Under the pieces are notes generated by a model, which searched no databases, was not told the origin of the DNA, and was given only the letters and a program-made list of their open reading frames with translations. A stretch of 51,188 nt of DNA, taken from an uncultured Deferribacteres bacterium. GTDB lineage: Bacteria > Zhuqueibacterota > Zhuqueibacteria > Zhuqueibacterales > Geothermadaptataceae. Positions 1-9,820 of the stretch are shown piece by piece. Position 1 is the stretch's first letter, and every line of letters begins with the position of its first letter. A program made the translations under genes and the position numbers. Location of the stretch: NCBI GenBank assembly GCA_964014485.1, contig CAXHAT010000029.1, positions 1 through 51,188 of the forward strand. Direction: 5' to 3'.

Positions 1-56
1 ATCCATCAATCCATCAATCCATCAATCCATCAATCCATCAATCCATCAATCCATCC
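1..56. repeat. 8-bp tandem repeat (ATCCATCA)x6 plus one variant ATCCATCC; truncated by window edge
   Basis: Read directly from the sequence; lies 29 bp past the exbD-like stop codon. Confidence 0.95.
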
Positions 57-85
57 AACATACCATTCCGGCTCCGATCACTTTG

Positions 86-622
86 CTAAATAATCCCTGC
101 ACTCAGAGAAACGCTCGGGAAAAGCAGCACCTGCCGCCCGTCAACGCGGTAGGAACGCGAGGCGTCCATCGTGCTAACCAGCGTCTGGTAATTTACCGTT
201 GGTTCCGCCTGAATAATCAACGCGTCAACGTCCGGATAATTTCCTTCGGCGGCGCCTTTGATTTCGAGCAGTTTTTGCGAAAGCGCTTCAAAATCATACT
301 CGCCTTCACTGCCTTTCGGAATGGTCGGCGTTTTATTCTCACCCGGTCGGATGAGTTCCAGTGCGCTGGAAATAAAAAAGCCGTCGCCCGTCACTGAAAC
401 GGTCAAATCGAGGTTTTTGACCTTTTCTTGCGGCTGCTCATTCGCCTGTTGAATCGCGCCTGCGGCAGGCGGTAAATCCAAATCGATCACGCCTATTTTA
501 ATGAACTCGGCGGAAGACAAAAGCAGCGGGATCAGCACAACCATCAAATTCATGATAGGCGTCAAATTCGGCTCGACGTCTTCCGATTCGTTGGTTCTGC
601 GCTGGGAAGGTTTATACGCCAT
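86..622 (-). CDS. ExbD/TolR-family protein (AglQ/AglS-like); conserved TM Asp replaced by Asn
   Basis: N-terminal EPNLTPIMNLMVVLIPLLL TM motif; periplasmic LIIQAEPTVNYQTLVSTMD ExbD signature; adjacent to exbB-like gene. Confidence 0.9.
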   Translation of the reverse strand: MAYKPSQRRTNESEDVEPNLTPIMNLMVVLIPLLLSSAEFIKIGVIDLDLPPAAGAIQQANEQPQEKVKNLDLTVSVTGDGFFISSALELIRPGENKTPTIPKGSEGEYDFEALSQKLLEIKGAAEGNYPDVDALIIQAEPTVNYQTLVSTMDASRSYRVDGRQVLLFPSVSLSAGII

Positions 623-637
623 TCTTCAACCTCCCTT

Positions 638-1288
638 CTATTGATTGCCCGTGATCAGGTTGATCAATTTCACCGTGTGCTCATCGATCTCGTCGATGAT
701 TTTGGTCGTTTTATTATGCAGGTAAGTGTAGATCAGAATTGACGGTACAGCGACGGTCAAGCCCAAAAGCGTGGTGTTCATCGCCGTACTAATTCCGGCG
801 GCGAGCATACGCGATTTCTCGGCGGCGTCGATGCCTGCGATTGAAACCGATTTGAACGCCAGAATCAAGCCCCAGATCGTGCCCATCAGCCCGATCAAAG
901 TGGCGACGTTAGCGATCATCGCCAGAAAACCGGTGCGCTCTTGCAATTTTGGAATCACTTCAAGCGTGCCCTCGTCGACCGAGTTTTGGATGCTGCGAAA
1001 ATCAAATGTCTTGCTGTCGGAAACCTTGCGCAAACCAGCGCCGACAACGCGCGCGAGCGCTTTATCCGGCGCCGCGTCACACAACGCCACGGCTTCCTTG
1101 TATTCCCCGGCTTTGACCAGTTTACGAATTTCCGTCATGAACTTCGGCGCATTGATGTTCGAGCGCACGAGAATATAAACAATTCTTTCAATCGCAATCG
1201 CCGCTGCAACAGCCGCCACAATCGCGAGGATCATCATATAAAAAAAACCGTCTGATGAAGGGGAAAACCCCGAAACAATTTCGCCCAT
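638..1288 (-). CDS. MotA/TolQ/ExbB proton channel protein (AglR-like)
   Basis: Three TM segments; IANVATLIGLMGTIWGLI and LAAGISTAMNTTLLGLTVAVP motifs; GGAGG RBS upstream. Confidence 0.93.
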   Translation of the reverse strand: MGEIVSGFSPSSDGFFYMMILAIVAAVAAAIAIERIVYILVRSNINAPKFMTEIRKLVKAGEYKEAVALCDAAPDKALARVVGAGLRKVSDSKTFDFRSIQNSVDEGTLEVIPKLQERTGFLAMIANVATLIGLMGTIWGLILAFKSVSIAGIDAAEKSRMLAAGISTAMNTTLLGLTVAVPSILIYTYLHNKTTKIIDEIDEHTVKLINLITGNQ

Positions 1289-1509
1289 TCAGGGACCTCC
1301 TAAGTCATTTTTCCTAAATACTTCTATTTTCTGTCCATTGAACGCTGACAGAATTTTTGAACCCTGGCAAAAAATTCCAAAGTTGTCATGCTGCAAGCAT
1401 CTTTTTTGATCGAACCCTTGAACGTTATCCGTACCGGGCGACAATAAAGATTTCTCCAGACTGACAAACCGGAGCTTTTTCGACAAGTCGGTCAGCGTTA
1501 AAAAATGTG

Positions 1510-1974
1510 CTATTTCTTTTCTTTTTTCTTCTTCTTATGGCTCGACTTCTCCTCTTTCGCCAGCTTGAGCGCCATTTCAATTTTGCCAAGCTTTTTAGGA
1601 GCGTCGAGTTCTTCGTCAAAGAGGAAAAATTCCTTCGGCAAAGACTTGATCTCCTTTGCGAAAGAACGATCCAGCTTCATCAATTCGCCCAAAATCGGCT
1701 TTTGCCGCTTGGGGATAATGTCGACGTTCGGCTTTTCAACAACGGCTTCGATGTTGATTTCCCCCAAAACCATCTCGTCGTTTTTCTGCTGATCTTTTTT
1801 TTCCTGATCAACTTTTTCCGTCTTCTTTTTCTCTTTTTTCTCGTCTTCCTTTTCTTCGCTGTTGGCTTGCGCCGCGCCTGCGGATGCAATCGCCAGACTG
1901 AGCAGGAGGAAAGTCAGTCGAGAGATATTTTTGAGTTTATTCATGATGGTTGTACCTTTATTTTTGCGAATCAT
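1510..1974 (-). CDS. Small exported protein, GltF/CglF-like (true start possibly the second Met, MNKLK)
   Basis: Signal peptide, charged linker, then LGEINIEAVVEKPNVDIIPKRQKPILGELMKLDRSFAKEI, which resembles the GltF 'IEG..xKP....R....LxxxRxxF' pattern as recalled; position between TPR genes and exbB. Confidence 0.6.
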   Translation of the reverse strand: MIRKNKGTTIMNKLKNISRLTFLLLSLAIASAGAAQANSEEKEDEKKEKKKTEKVDQEKKDQQKNDEMVLGEINIEAVVEKPNVDIIPKRQKPILGELMKLDRSFAKEIKSLPKEFFLFDEELDAPKKLGKIEMALKLAKEEKSSHKKKKKEKK

Positions 1975-4900
1975 TATTCAATAAAACGCCTTTGTGCTCC
2001 GGCTTCGTCGCACGCGAGTCCCAGTCCGGGATGTGTTTTAGAAAAACCAGTGCTTCCAAGCCGCCGCCCGAACCGTCGCCGTCTTCAACGCGCAGTGCAA
2101 GAATATTTTTACCTGAGCGCAAAAACTCAGAAAAATCATACACTTGCGGCTTGGCGCCCTTGGCCGGACTGCCGTGCGTGCTAATCAATTCACCGTTAAT
2201 ATAGAATTGATAGCCGTCATCAGCGGAAATCTGGATTTGCCCTGAAACCGGCAATCCCTTCACGTCAATCGTCTTGCGGAAGAAAGCTTTTTTCGCACGC
2301 TTGGCGTTTGAAACAGCGCCAATTTTTGTCAGAACGTCCGAAGAATCGACTTGGGTAGAATCCGTCGCATCGACGTCTTCATAAAGCCATATTTTCTCCG
2401 CGCGATAAGCCGCAAAAGAGCGCGCCGTTTCTAAAATGTCCGGCTTTTTCCAATTCGCCGCCGCAAAGCCCGGCAACGTCCATCCGTTTTGTTCAACCGT
2501 TGTCGTCGTCCAGGTTAAATCGCTGACGATGCGATAATCTTGCAATGTCAAGCCGAGAAGCCCGACATGCGCCTCCGGATCGCTCTTGACCAACGCCGCC
2601 GTCAGTTTGTCGACGCGACTGTTGTCGTACTTGAAATCAAGGCAAAACTGGTAGCCCTGCTTGAGCAGCGCCTTGTTCTTGTCCGCCAGCGCGAACATAA
2701 AATCTTCAAAAGTGAACTTGGCGTTCTCAAAAACCGGGTCGCCGTCTTCTTTGGATTTCCGATCAAAGCCGGCGTGGTGCGATTGCGCAACTTTTCGCAA
2801 TGAATCCGTGTTTGCCGTTGCATTCTCGACAAATTTGATCGCTTCATCTCGGGCAATTTTCAGCGCCTTGTTTTCGATCCGATTCTCCGCCGCCGTTGCC
2901 AAAGTCGTTCTGAAGCTTTTCAGCGCCGCGGCCGAGAAATTTGTTGACGCATCGAGCCATTTCTTCATTTCTCCAGCCAGCGCTTGGGCTTCCGCATCAT
3001 TTTCAACCAACATTTTCGGAAGCTGCACAAAACTATTTTCAAAATCGTTCTCGGCGTCCTGCGCAAGCTTCAGATATTCGTCCGCCAGCAACTGCCGCGT
3101 GGTCACAATGCGCGTTTTCGACGCTTCCACCCACTGATTATCCAGGCCCAAATCGCCCGATTCTTTCAAATTTCGCGTGTGCGCCGCAACGATCTCATCA
3201 ACCAGCGGGCTGATGTACTTTTCCAAAAGCGCGCCGCGAAAAGTCAACTTTTTCGAACGGTTTAAGCTCGCCGGGACAGGCGCTTGCAAAAGGCTCTCAA
3301 CCGAGGAAGAACCAAGCTCGGCAACGTCATAAATCGTTTCGGAAACCTTTTCCTTCGAACGTTTGATCCAGCGATCCGCGACCACTAAAGTCGTGTCAGC
3401 AAATTGAATCTTATCGTCGGCGCTTTCTTCCTTAACCTTCGCCGCGGCTGTCTGATATTTTTTCGACAAGGTCTGCAAAATATCAATGCTGTTGCGGTAA
3501 GCGTCGAAGGCCCGTTCGTAGAGCGAGGACGCGGTCTCATTAATCTCTTTGCGCGCAACAATTCGCTGCGCGTCGGCCATGCCGCCGATTTCCTGTTTGG
3601 CCCACGTTTCGGCAAACTGCTCATAAGCGTAGCCGATTTTGTAGGTCGATTCGTACAATTTGATCGTGCCGTATTTTGCAACTTTGGCGTAGCTGTCGAC
3701 AAGCTCGACCAACATCGTCTTTTTCTGATCCTTGCTTGCTTGCAGGGTCGAAGCGGGCAGCTCGAACCGGATATCTTCGTAGCTTTTCAATTTCAATTCG
3801 GTGAGATGGAAAAGCGCCTCGGCGGCGAAAAATTTATTGCCGTCCTTGCCTTCCTTTAGAAAAGCGTCACTCTTGGCGACGGCCTTTTCGTACTCCGTTT
3901 TCGCTTCAGGAATCCGACGAATCGACTCGTAATATTCACCTCGACGATAAAACGTCTCGACTGTGCGCGGCGAATCTGGAAACTTCCGCGCGTAATCGTC
4001 ATAAACGCGATTGGCTTCCTCAAGCTCATTTAGTTTCAAATGATAATTCGCGACGTCGTAAAACAAATCGTCCGCGTCTTCCGAGCCTGGGTAGCGATCA
4101 ACGAACTTGTGATTGACGCGAATAGCGCGCCCCCAGGATTCCGCTTTGGCATAAAAAACCGAAGCGTTATAAAGATGCGCTTCGCCTTTCGTCGAGTCGG
4201 GGTCTTCTTCGCCCAACCGCTCAAAGATATTCGCCGCGTTGCTGAAATCTTTCAACTCGCCGTAATCGATAGCCATATTGTTGAGCGACATGAGGTAGTA
4301 TTTTGACGCAGCGTATTCTTTTGAGAGTCGCTCGTACGTCTCAATCGCGCGCTTGTATTCCTTGCCGCGATCAAAGGCGAGCCCGGCGTTGAAAAGCGCT
4401 AAATCCGCAAACTCCGCATCCGCCACTTCTTCCGCGACGCGAATGTATTCTTCCGCCGCTTTAAAATGCTTGTCTTCTTCCGCCAATGCTTCCGCTTGCA
4501 AATAAATCGCTTCCGCCAAACGCTTTTTGGCCTTGCCGGACAGCTCGGGCGAATAATCTTTTTCGCGCAGTCGCTTCGAAACGATTTCGACGCTCTCAAA
4601 GTCACGGCTGCCGAAATAACTTTCCATCACCAGGTATTCCGCATCCGCCGCCAGCGAATCGTTCTGAAAATGTTTGAGCACCGTTTTGAAATATTTCAGC
4701 GCATTGCGAAAATTATTCTTGTTGTAATAGATCGACCCTGCCTGTGCGAGACGCGCCGGAGTTTCCACATCTTGTGGAAAGAGTTTGATGAAATTATCAA
4801 TCGCCTCGACCAGCTTTTTTTCGCTCGCAGTCAAATCTTCCGGCTGGGGGTTCAAGTCGACGCTCGTCGTGTCCCGCCCGCGCACTGTTTCCGCCAATTC

Positions 4901-6472
4901 CGCAACGTCGCGAACGCCAAGATCGCCCGACGCTTGCGAGACGAGATCCTGCGCCAGCGCAACCGCGTTTTTCGCCGACTCCAGTTGATAGTCCGAATCC
5001 CAATATTGATTGCTGATCGCGATGTATTCGTCGTAGGCTTGAGACGAGCGCTCCAGCTTCGCATCGAGCGTCAGAGCCATGTTCCAGTGCAATTTTGCCG
5101 CACTCGTATCCTCGGGAAAAGCGCGCAAGTACTCGCGCGTATCGCTCACCGCCTGCCCAAAAAGCTCGCGGTCGTCGATTTGTTCGGCAACATCCAGAAG
5201 CATGTTGATATTTGAGCGCAGCGCGTGTTCCGCAAGTCCCCGGCCTTTCGTGCGGGCGTCTTCATCTTCAACGCGCACCCACCATTCCGAGCCTTCGTTG
5301 TATTTTCTGAACAATTCTTTGCGGACGAGATAAGTCTGCTCGTCATCCTCAAGATACCGGTAGGATTCGGCAATTTTTGCCTGGATCACCGGCGCATCAG
5401 GTGCGTAAGGGTAAAGCTTCAGCAAAAGTTTGTACGCCGCAACCGCCTTCTCGTGCTCTTCTTTCACTTCCATGTAGGCGTCGCCGATTTTCCGCAGAAT
5501 TTCTATGCCATAGCCGCGCCCGCCCAAAGCCGAAAGGAATGCTTCCGCACCTTCAACGCCTGAATGATCGAGAAAGCTGACGCCGATATATTCGATCGAT
5601 TCTTCGCGCAAGTTCGGGTTGGTAAATTTGTTGTTGGGATCAATCTCTTCTGCGCGCGTAACGTCGTCCGCCAGCAAGGTAAAATATCGGATGGCTTCGG
5701 AAAAATTGTTGAGCTTGTAATACGCCCAGCCCAGCCTGTAGAGCGCTTCGTTGTATTTCGGGCTTTCTTTGTATTCCAAAATACGTTCATAAATCGCGAC
5801 GGACTTTTCCAAATCAGACTGCGGCGGGTTGAACCAGTACTCCGCTTGGCGCATCAACACGTCCGGCACGTAGGGACTGCCGGATTGTCGATTGAGAAAG
5901 TCTTCGTAAAGCGCCAAAGCGTCTTGTTTTTGTCCGGCTTCTTCGGTTAAAAACGCGATGTTGTATTGTGAATCATCGATCAACTGGCTGGCGGGAAATT
6001 CTTCAATAATCCGTGAGTAAAGCGCGAGCGGTTTTGTGTAATCACGTTTTGGTTCGGGCGGCGTAAAACTAACGCCCGCCGCATCCAGAGAGTCGAGAGT
6101 TTGACCGTAGGCTTCCTGCGCCTGCATGTAGTTCTCGGCGGCGTCTTCGTAGTGCAATTCCGCCAGACGAAAAAGCACTTTATCCAACACGTTGCTTTCC
6201 GATTGGCTTTCGACGAAAGCCTCAAGTTCCGAAATGCCTTTACGGCGCAAGACGGCGCGTTCGCTTTCGAGACGATCGCGCTCTTCCTGGTAAAATCTTT
6301 TGTATTTCAGAAGCTCGTCCACGCTATAAGAGCGCAGGAGCGAATCACTGATTTGGTTGGCTGTCAGTTGGCTGACGTCGCCGTTTTTTTGCGCCGTCAG
6401 CGATCCTGCGCCGAAAGCCAAAAGCGATGCGGGCAGGAAAAAGTATTTTCTAAATCCGTGAAGCCAGTTCAT
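1958..6472 (-). CDS. 1504-aa exported TPR protein (GltD/AgmU-like) with C-terminal jelly-roll carbohydrate-binding-like domain
   Basis: Signal peptide; many BamD/YbgF-type TPRs (DKVLFRLAELHYE, EALYRLGWAYYKL, DLALFNAGLAF); C-terminal FFRKTIDV..QISADDGYQFYING..LRSGKNILALRV. Confidence 0.8.
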   Translation of the reverse strand: MNWLHGFRKYFFLPASLLAFGAGSLTAQKNGDVSQLTANQISDSLLRSYSVDELLKYKRFYQEERDRLESERAVLRRKGISELEAFVESQSESNVLDKVLFRLAELHYEDAAENYMQAQEAYGQTLDSLDAAGVSFTPPEPKRDYTKPLALYSRIIEEFPASQLIDDSQYNIAFLTEEAGQKQDALALYEDFLNRQSGSPYVPDVLMRQAEYWFNPPQSDLEKSVAIYERILEYKESPKYNEALYRLGWAYYKLNNFSEAIRYFTLLADDVTRAEEIDPNNKFTNPNLREESIEYIGVSFLDHSGVEGAEAFLSALGGRGYGIEILRKIGDAYMEVKEEHEKAVAAYKLLLKLYPYAPDAPVIQAKIAESYRYLEDDEQTYLVRKELFRKYNEGSEWWVRVEDEDARTKGRGLAEHALRSNINMLLDVAEQIDDRELFGQAVSDTREYLRAFPEDTSAAKLHWNMALTLDAKLERSSQAYDEYIAISNQYWDSDYQLESAKNAVALAQDLVSQASGDLGVRDVAELAETVRGRDTTSVDLNPQPEDLTASEKKLVEAIDNFIKLFPQDVETPARLAQAGSIYYNKNNFRNALKYFKTVLKHFQNDSLAADAEYLVMESYFGSRDFESVEIVSKRLREKDYSPELSGKAKKRLAEAIYLQAEALAEEDKHFKAAEEYIRVAEEVADAEFADLALFNAGLAFDRGKEYKRAIETYERLSKEYAASKYYLMSLNNMAIDYGELKDFSNAANIFERLGEEDPDSTKGEAHLYNASVFYAKAESWGRAIRVNHKFVDRYPGSEDADDLFYDVANYHLKLNELEEANRVYDDYARKFPDSPRTVETFYRRGEYYESIRRIPEAKTEYEKAVAKSDAFLKEGKDGNKFFAAEALFHLTELKLKSYEDIRFELPASTLQASKDQKKTMLVELVDSYAKVAKYGTIKLYESTYKIGYAYEQFAETWAKQEIGGMADAQRIVARKEINETASSLYERAFDAYRNSIDILQTLSKKYQTAAAKVKEESADDKIQFADTTLVVADRWIKRSKEKVSETIYDVAELGSSSVESLLQAPVPASLNRSKKLTFRGALLEKYISPLVDEIVAAHTRNLKESGDLGLDNQWVEASKTRIVTTRQLLADEYLKLAQDAENDFENSFVQLPKMLVENDAEAQALAGEMKKWLDASTNFSAAALKSFRTTLATAAENRIENKALKIARDEAIKFVENATANTDSLRKVAQSHHAGFDRKSKEDGDPVFENAKFTFEDFMFALADKNKALLKQGYQFCLDFKYDNSRVDKLTAALVKSDPEAHVGLLGLTLQDYRIVSDLTWTTTTVEQNGWTLPGFAAANWKKPDILETARSFAAYRAEKIWLYEDVDATDSTQVDSSDVLTKIGAVSNAKRAKKAFFRKTIDVKGLPVSGQIQISADDGYQFYINGELISTHGSPAKGAKPQVYDFSEFLRSGKNILALRVEDGDGSGGGLEALVFLKHIPDWDSRATKPEHKGVLLNNDSQK

Positions 6473-6503
6473 GGTGCTGTATCTTCAATTTATATTTCTA
6501 AAT

Positions 6504-6562
6504 GGAGTGCGACGCTTCAGCATCGCATCGCGTTTGTCTTCAACGCTGAAGCGTTAGACTCC
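6504..6562. repeat. REP-like inverted repeat (GGAGT..ACGCTTCAGC / GCTGAAGCGT..ACTCC)
   Basis: Inverted arms visible between the two TPR genes; related copy GAGTCAAACGCTTCAGCGTTTG at 45798-45819. Confidence 0.7.
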
Positions 6563-6609
6563 TGCGTTGTATTGTATCCATTGCCAATGCTTAAGCATTG
6601 GGTTCCAAG

Positions 6610-9477
6610 TTATTTCTTTTTCTCGACTTCCGTCGTCTTGGCGTCGAAATAATTCTCTTTGAAATTCTTTTCCATCTCGAGCTTTTTCAAGCGCAGTTTT
6701 TCCGCTTCAACTTCTTTGGCAAGCCGTTTCGATTCCGCTTCAAAAGCCGCCAAACGCGCTTCTATTTCCGCTCTTCTCTTCGCGAGAATCTGCTCAATCG
6801 AAACAATACTCTGCGTATAACCCGCGATCTGGTCTTCGCGACTATTCAGGTTCTCGAGCGTAATGTCGCTCATGCCGTAGCCCGTAAAATCCGTCCATTG
6901 ATCAAATTCCGACTCAACTTCTCCCCCGCTCCGGCCGTTCAACCACGTTTGGAATCGGTCGATACGATCTTGCAAGGCCGCCAAATCGTCTTGCACCACG
7001 CGCAAATCAATAAACTGGCTGGCTTCAGGATTCTTGGCAAGCAGCGCCTGTGTTTCGTTCAAATATTCGTGAATTTTGCTTTTTTCCAACTCCATCTCGC
7101 GCAGCATGTCGCGCACAACTTCTTTGCGCTGCTTTCGGCTGCTTTCCATCATTGCAAGCGGGTAATTCACGAAGTAATCGGAGTCTTTCAGTGACTCGTC
7201 CAGCCCTTCCGTCACCAGTCTGTCAATCAATTTTCCGCGTCTTTTTTCCGCTTTCTTAAGAACTTTCCGATCTCCGGCTTCTTTCGCTGAAGCGATCAAA
7301 GCGTCATAATCGCGCAATAAGCTGTAGAGTTTTTGCCGCTCTTGATTCTGTGCATCCGGCCAAGCTTCGCCCACGCCGGAGCGATAACGCATTTTGATTA
7401 AACTGTCTTGCAGTGTCTGCTTTTTTTCGGTCACATTTTTATACAATTCCGGGCGTTGCTGCTCAAAAACCAATTTTTCCAAACGTTCAACTTCATCCAA
7501 CTCAGCCTGTAGAGCTTCGCGCTCCGCGTGGTAATCTCCGGCGCGATCCAGAGCCTCTCTCGCATTCGAAACATAGCGCAAATCCGTCAATGCGTCGCCG
7601 GATTGATTGATTTTTCGCTTACATTGCGCCGCAAGCACGAGCGCTTCATAAGTATAATCGCTGGAAACAAAGCCGCCAAACAGCGCTTCCGCGTTAGCAA
7701 TCGAAGCGTCAAAGTCGCCCTTTTTCATCGACGCCCAGGCCTTGCCGATCAAGGCTTGATCGCGGCCGTCGGCGCCCCTGCTTATTTCTTCAAAATACTT
7801 CAAAGCCCTGTCGTATTGGCCTCTTTCGTAATGAATAAAACCCAATTTCAAGAGCGCATTGTTGCGCAAAAGGGCAAGCTCGGCGGAAGACCACGGCAGG
7901 TTTTTCATATTGCCGATTTTCGAAAAAATCGTGACGGCTTCGTCGTAGTTTTGACGGTGCGAGAGCACAATTCCCAGCAAGTACTGCCCAGGCAAATGAT
8001 ATTTCGAATCATTGGAAATTTTCTTAAGCGCTCTCTCCGCCAATTGATTTTGGCGGTGTTTTAGACCAAAATATCCGGCAATAAAATAGACGCGATTTTT
8101 GACTTGGTCGCCAAACTCGGCTTCGCGTTTTTCAAAAGCGGCGAATTTCTCGGAAAAGACGTTTTTCAGGTTACGGGTTTGCGCGATGGTCAGCGTACGC
8201 AAAAATGCGTCTTCAACAAACGGATTGTCGGGGAAATTGTCGATTAGGTTGGTGAAGTCTTCCAACGCTTGCTCATAGTGAAATTGAGCATAGCGCGATT
8301 CGCCGCGATAATAGTGCGCGCCGTCGAGCCGCTTATAATACGGCCCGAAGTCCCTCAATAATTGATCGAGCTGCATTTCGCACAGTGCGTACTCTTCATT
8401 CGCGTAATTGAGCAAAGCGTCGGTTAAATCGCGTTGCAGCATACGATTTCTTTCGCGTTCCGCGCCGTGCTTGAGCAAGGAAGCTTTCATCACGAGATAA
8501 GCGTGCAATTTCGCTTCATAGTCGGCCTGCCTCGCGCTGCGCCATTGCTTGAAAATATCGCTTAACGATTCTCTGTCTTCTTCGAAAACATTTGCGACGC
8601 CGAACAGCTCTTCGAAGCGCTTCTCAAGATTTTTCTCATCATCGCTATCTGCGCGCTCGCTCGGCCCGCTTAAGCGTCCCCCGGATTCAACGCGAATAAA
8701 CTGCATTTCATCGACAACGAGATTGAGTTCCGGCAAATTCTTGGCATAAACCGGCGCAGCGCCGGCGTAAATCGAATCGCCTCCGGCAACAGCCAAACGG
8801 GCGAATTTGGCCACGCGGTTTTTCTGATCGTCTATGCGGTACAGAAGTTCGCGATCTTTTTCCTGGTCGAGTTTACGTTCTATCGCGGAAAGCTCGTTGT
8901 GATAGCTTTCCAGCAATTCGGAATCCAGGTAATGGCCGCCGAGAAATTGCAGCAATTCTTCTCTGCTGAGGGGCGTGAATTCATCGAAACGATTCGCTTC
9001 AATCAGCGCATTAATCGAGTCTTGTAAAACGGCGGCTTCATCTGCTTCAGCGAATTTTTCGCCTGCATCCAATCGTCTGCGAAGGCGCTCGATTTCACCG
9101 GTCAAATCGACGACGCGATCTAATTCGCTCGAATATTCAACGATGAGCTGATCTAAATCGCGGTAGTACGGTCCAAAATCAGGATCGTCCGCGACGACTC
9201 TTTTCAAGCCGCGCGCCTTAATTTCGGCGGAAATATTTCGAATGGCCTGGAGCAAAAGGGTCTCTTTCGCCGCCATATCGATAAGGTATCGTTTGCTTTC
9301 ACGATCAAAATAAAAGCTCAAACGATCTTGATATGAAATATGGATGGAATCTTCAGCGGTACGCCTGGTTTGACTCTGACTATGTTGCACGGCGGTAACG
9401 AGAAACGTCACCGTCAACGCAAATAGCGCCCAGGTCGGAATGATGAAACGCTGAACTCTCCTTAGTTCTTTGCGCAT
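6610..9477 (-). CDS. 955-aa exported TPR/coiled-coil protein (GltC-like)
   Basis: Hydrophobic N-terminal signal; TPRs (AHYYRGESRY, NALLKLGFIHYERGQYDRALKYF, DQALIGKAWA); long C-terminal coiled coil. Confidence 0.75.
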   Translation of the reverse strand: MRKELRRVQRFIIPTWALFALTVTFLVTAVQHSQSQTRRTAEDSIHISYQDRLSFYFDRESKRYLIDMAAKETLLLQAIRNISAEIKARGLKRVVADDPDFGPYYRDLDQLIVEYSSELDRVVDLTGEIERLRRRLDAGEKFAEADEAAVLQDSINALIEANRFDEFTPLSREELLQFLGGHYLDSELLESYHNELSAIERKLDQEKDRELLYRIDDQKNRVAKFARLAVAGGDSIYAGAAPVYAKNLPELNLVVDEMQFIRVESGGRLSGPSERADSDDEKNLEKRFEELFGVANVFEEDRESLSDIFKQWRSARQADYEAKLHAYLVMKASLLKHGAERERNRMLQRDLTDALLNYANEEYALCEMQLDQLLRDFGPYYKRLDGAHYYRGESRYAQFHYEQALEDFTNLIDNFPDNPFVEDAFLRTLTIAQTRNLKNVFSEKFAAFEKREAEFGDQVKNRVYFIAGYFGLKHRQNQLAERALKKISNDSKYHLPGQYLLGIVLSHRQNYDEAVTIFSKIGNMKNLPWSSAELALLRNNALLKLGFIHYERGQYDRALKYFEEISRGADGRDQALIGKAWASMKKGDFDASIANAEALFGGFVSSDYTYEALVLAAQCKRKINQSGDALTDLRYVSNAREALDRAGDYHAEREALQAELDEVERLEKLVFEQQRPELYKNVTEKKQTLQDSLIKMRYRSGVGEAWPDAQNQERQKLYSLLRDYDALIASAKEAGDRKVLKKAEKRRGKLIDRLVTEGLDESLKDSDYFVNYPLAMMESSRKQRKEVVRDMLREMELEKSKIHEYLNETQALLAKNPEASQFIDLRVVQDDLAALQDRIDRFQTWLNGRSGGEVESEFDQWTDFTGYGMSDITLENLNSREDQIAGYTQSIVSIEQILAKRRAEIEARLAAFEAESKRLAKEVEAEKLRLKKLEMEKNFKENYFDAKTTEVEKKK

Positions 9478-9820
9478 CGTATCCTCTTCACAGTTGAGGC
9501 GGGTTATATCTGAGAAGTCTAATCTCTGCTTTTTAACTGCGAGCCTGACTCATCCTTGAATTACTTTCCATTTTGGCGGATCGCAGCAGCGTACGTATTA
9601 TCCTGCGGGCGTCAATTTATGTCTTTCAAAATTCACAGCCGTGAAGCCCCTTCCCGGTGTCTAATCAATGCAGGCGGAATCGTTCCGTTCGCACGCTTCT
9701 CAACTATATACAGACGCATAGGGCGGATTACAGAACAAATTTTCAAATGAGAGAAATTGAAGGCGGGTTAAAACCAAAATCCCATATTCGATTTTTTCGT
9801 TTGTCTTGTTCAGAACAGAA

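Noticed and set aside
1..56. Tandem repeats here and at 37790-37845 as CRISPR arrays
   Set aside because: Units are 7-8 bp with no spacers, and there are no cas genes in the window
83..9000. Numerous + strand ORFs of 60-250 aa opposite the TPR/ExbBD genes, and similar shadow ORFs throughout the window
   Set aside because: Antisense or frame-shifted shadows of well-supported genes, with no recognisable motifs
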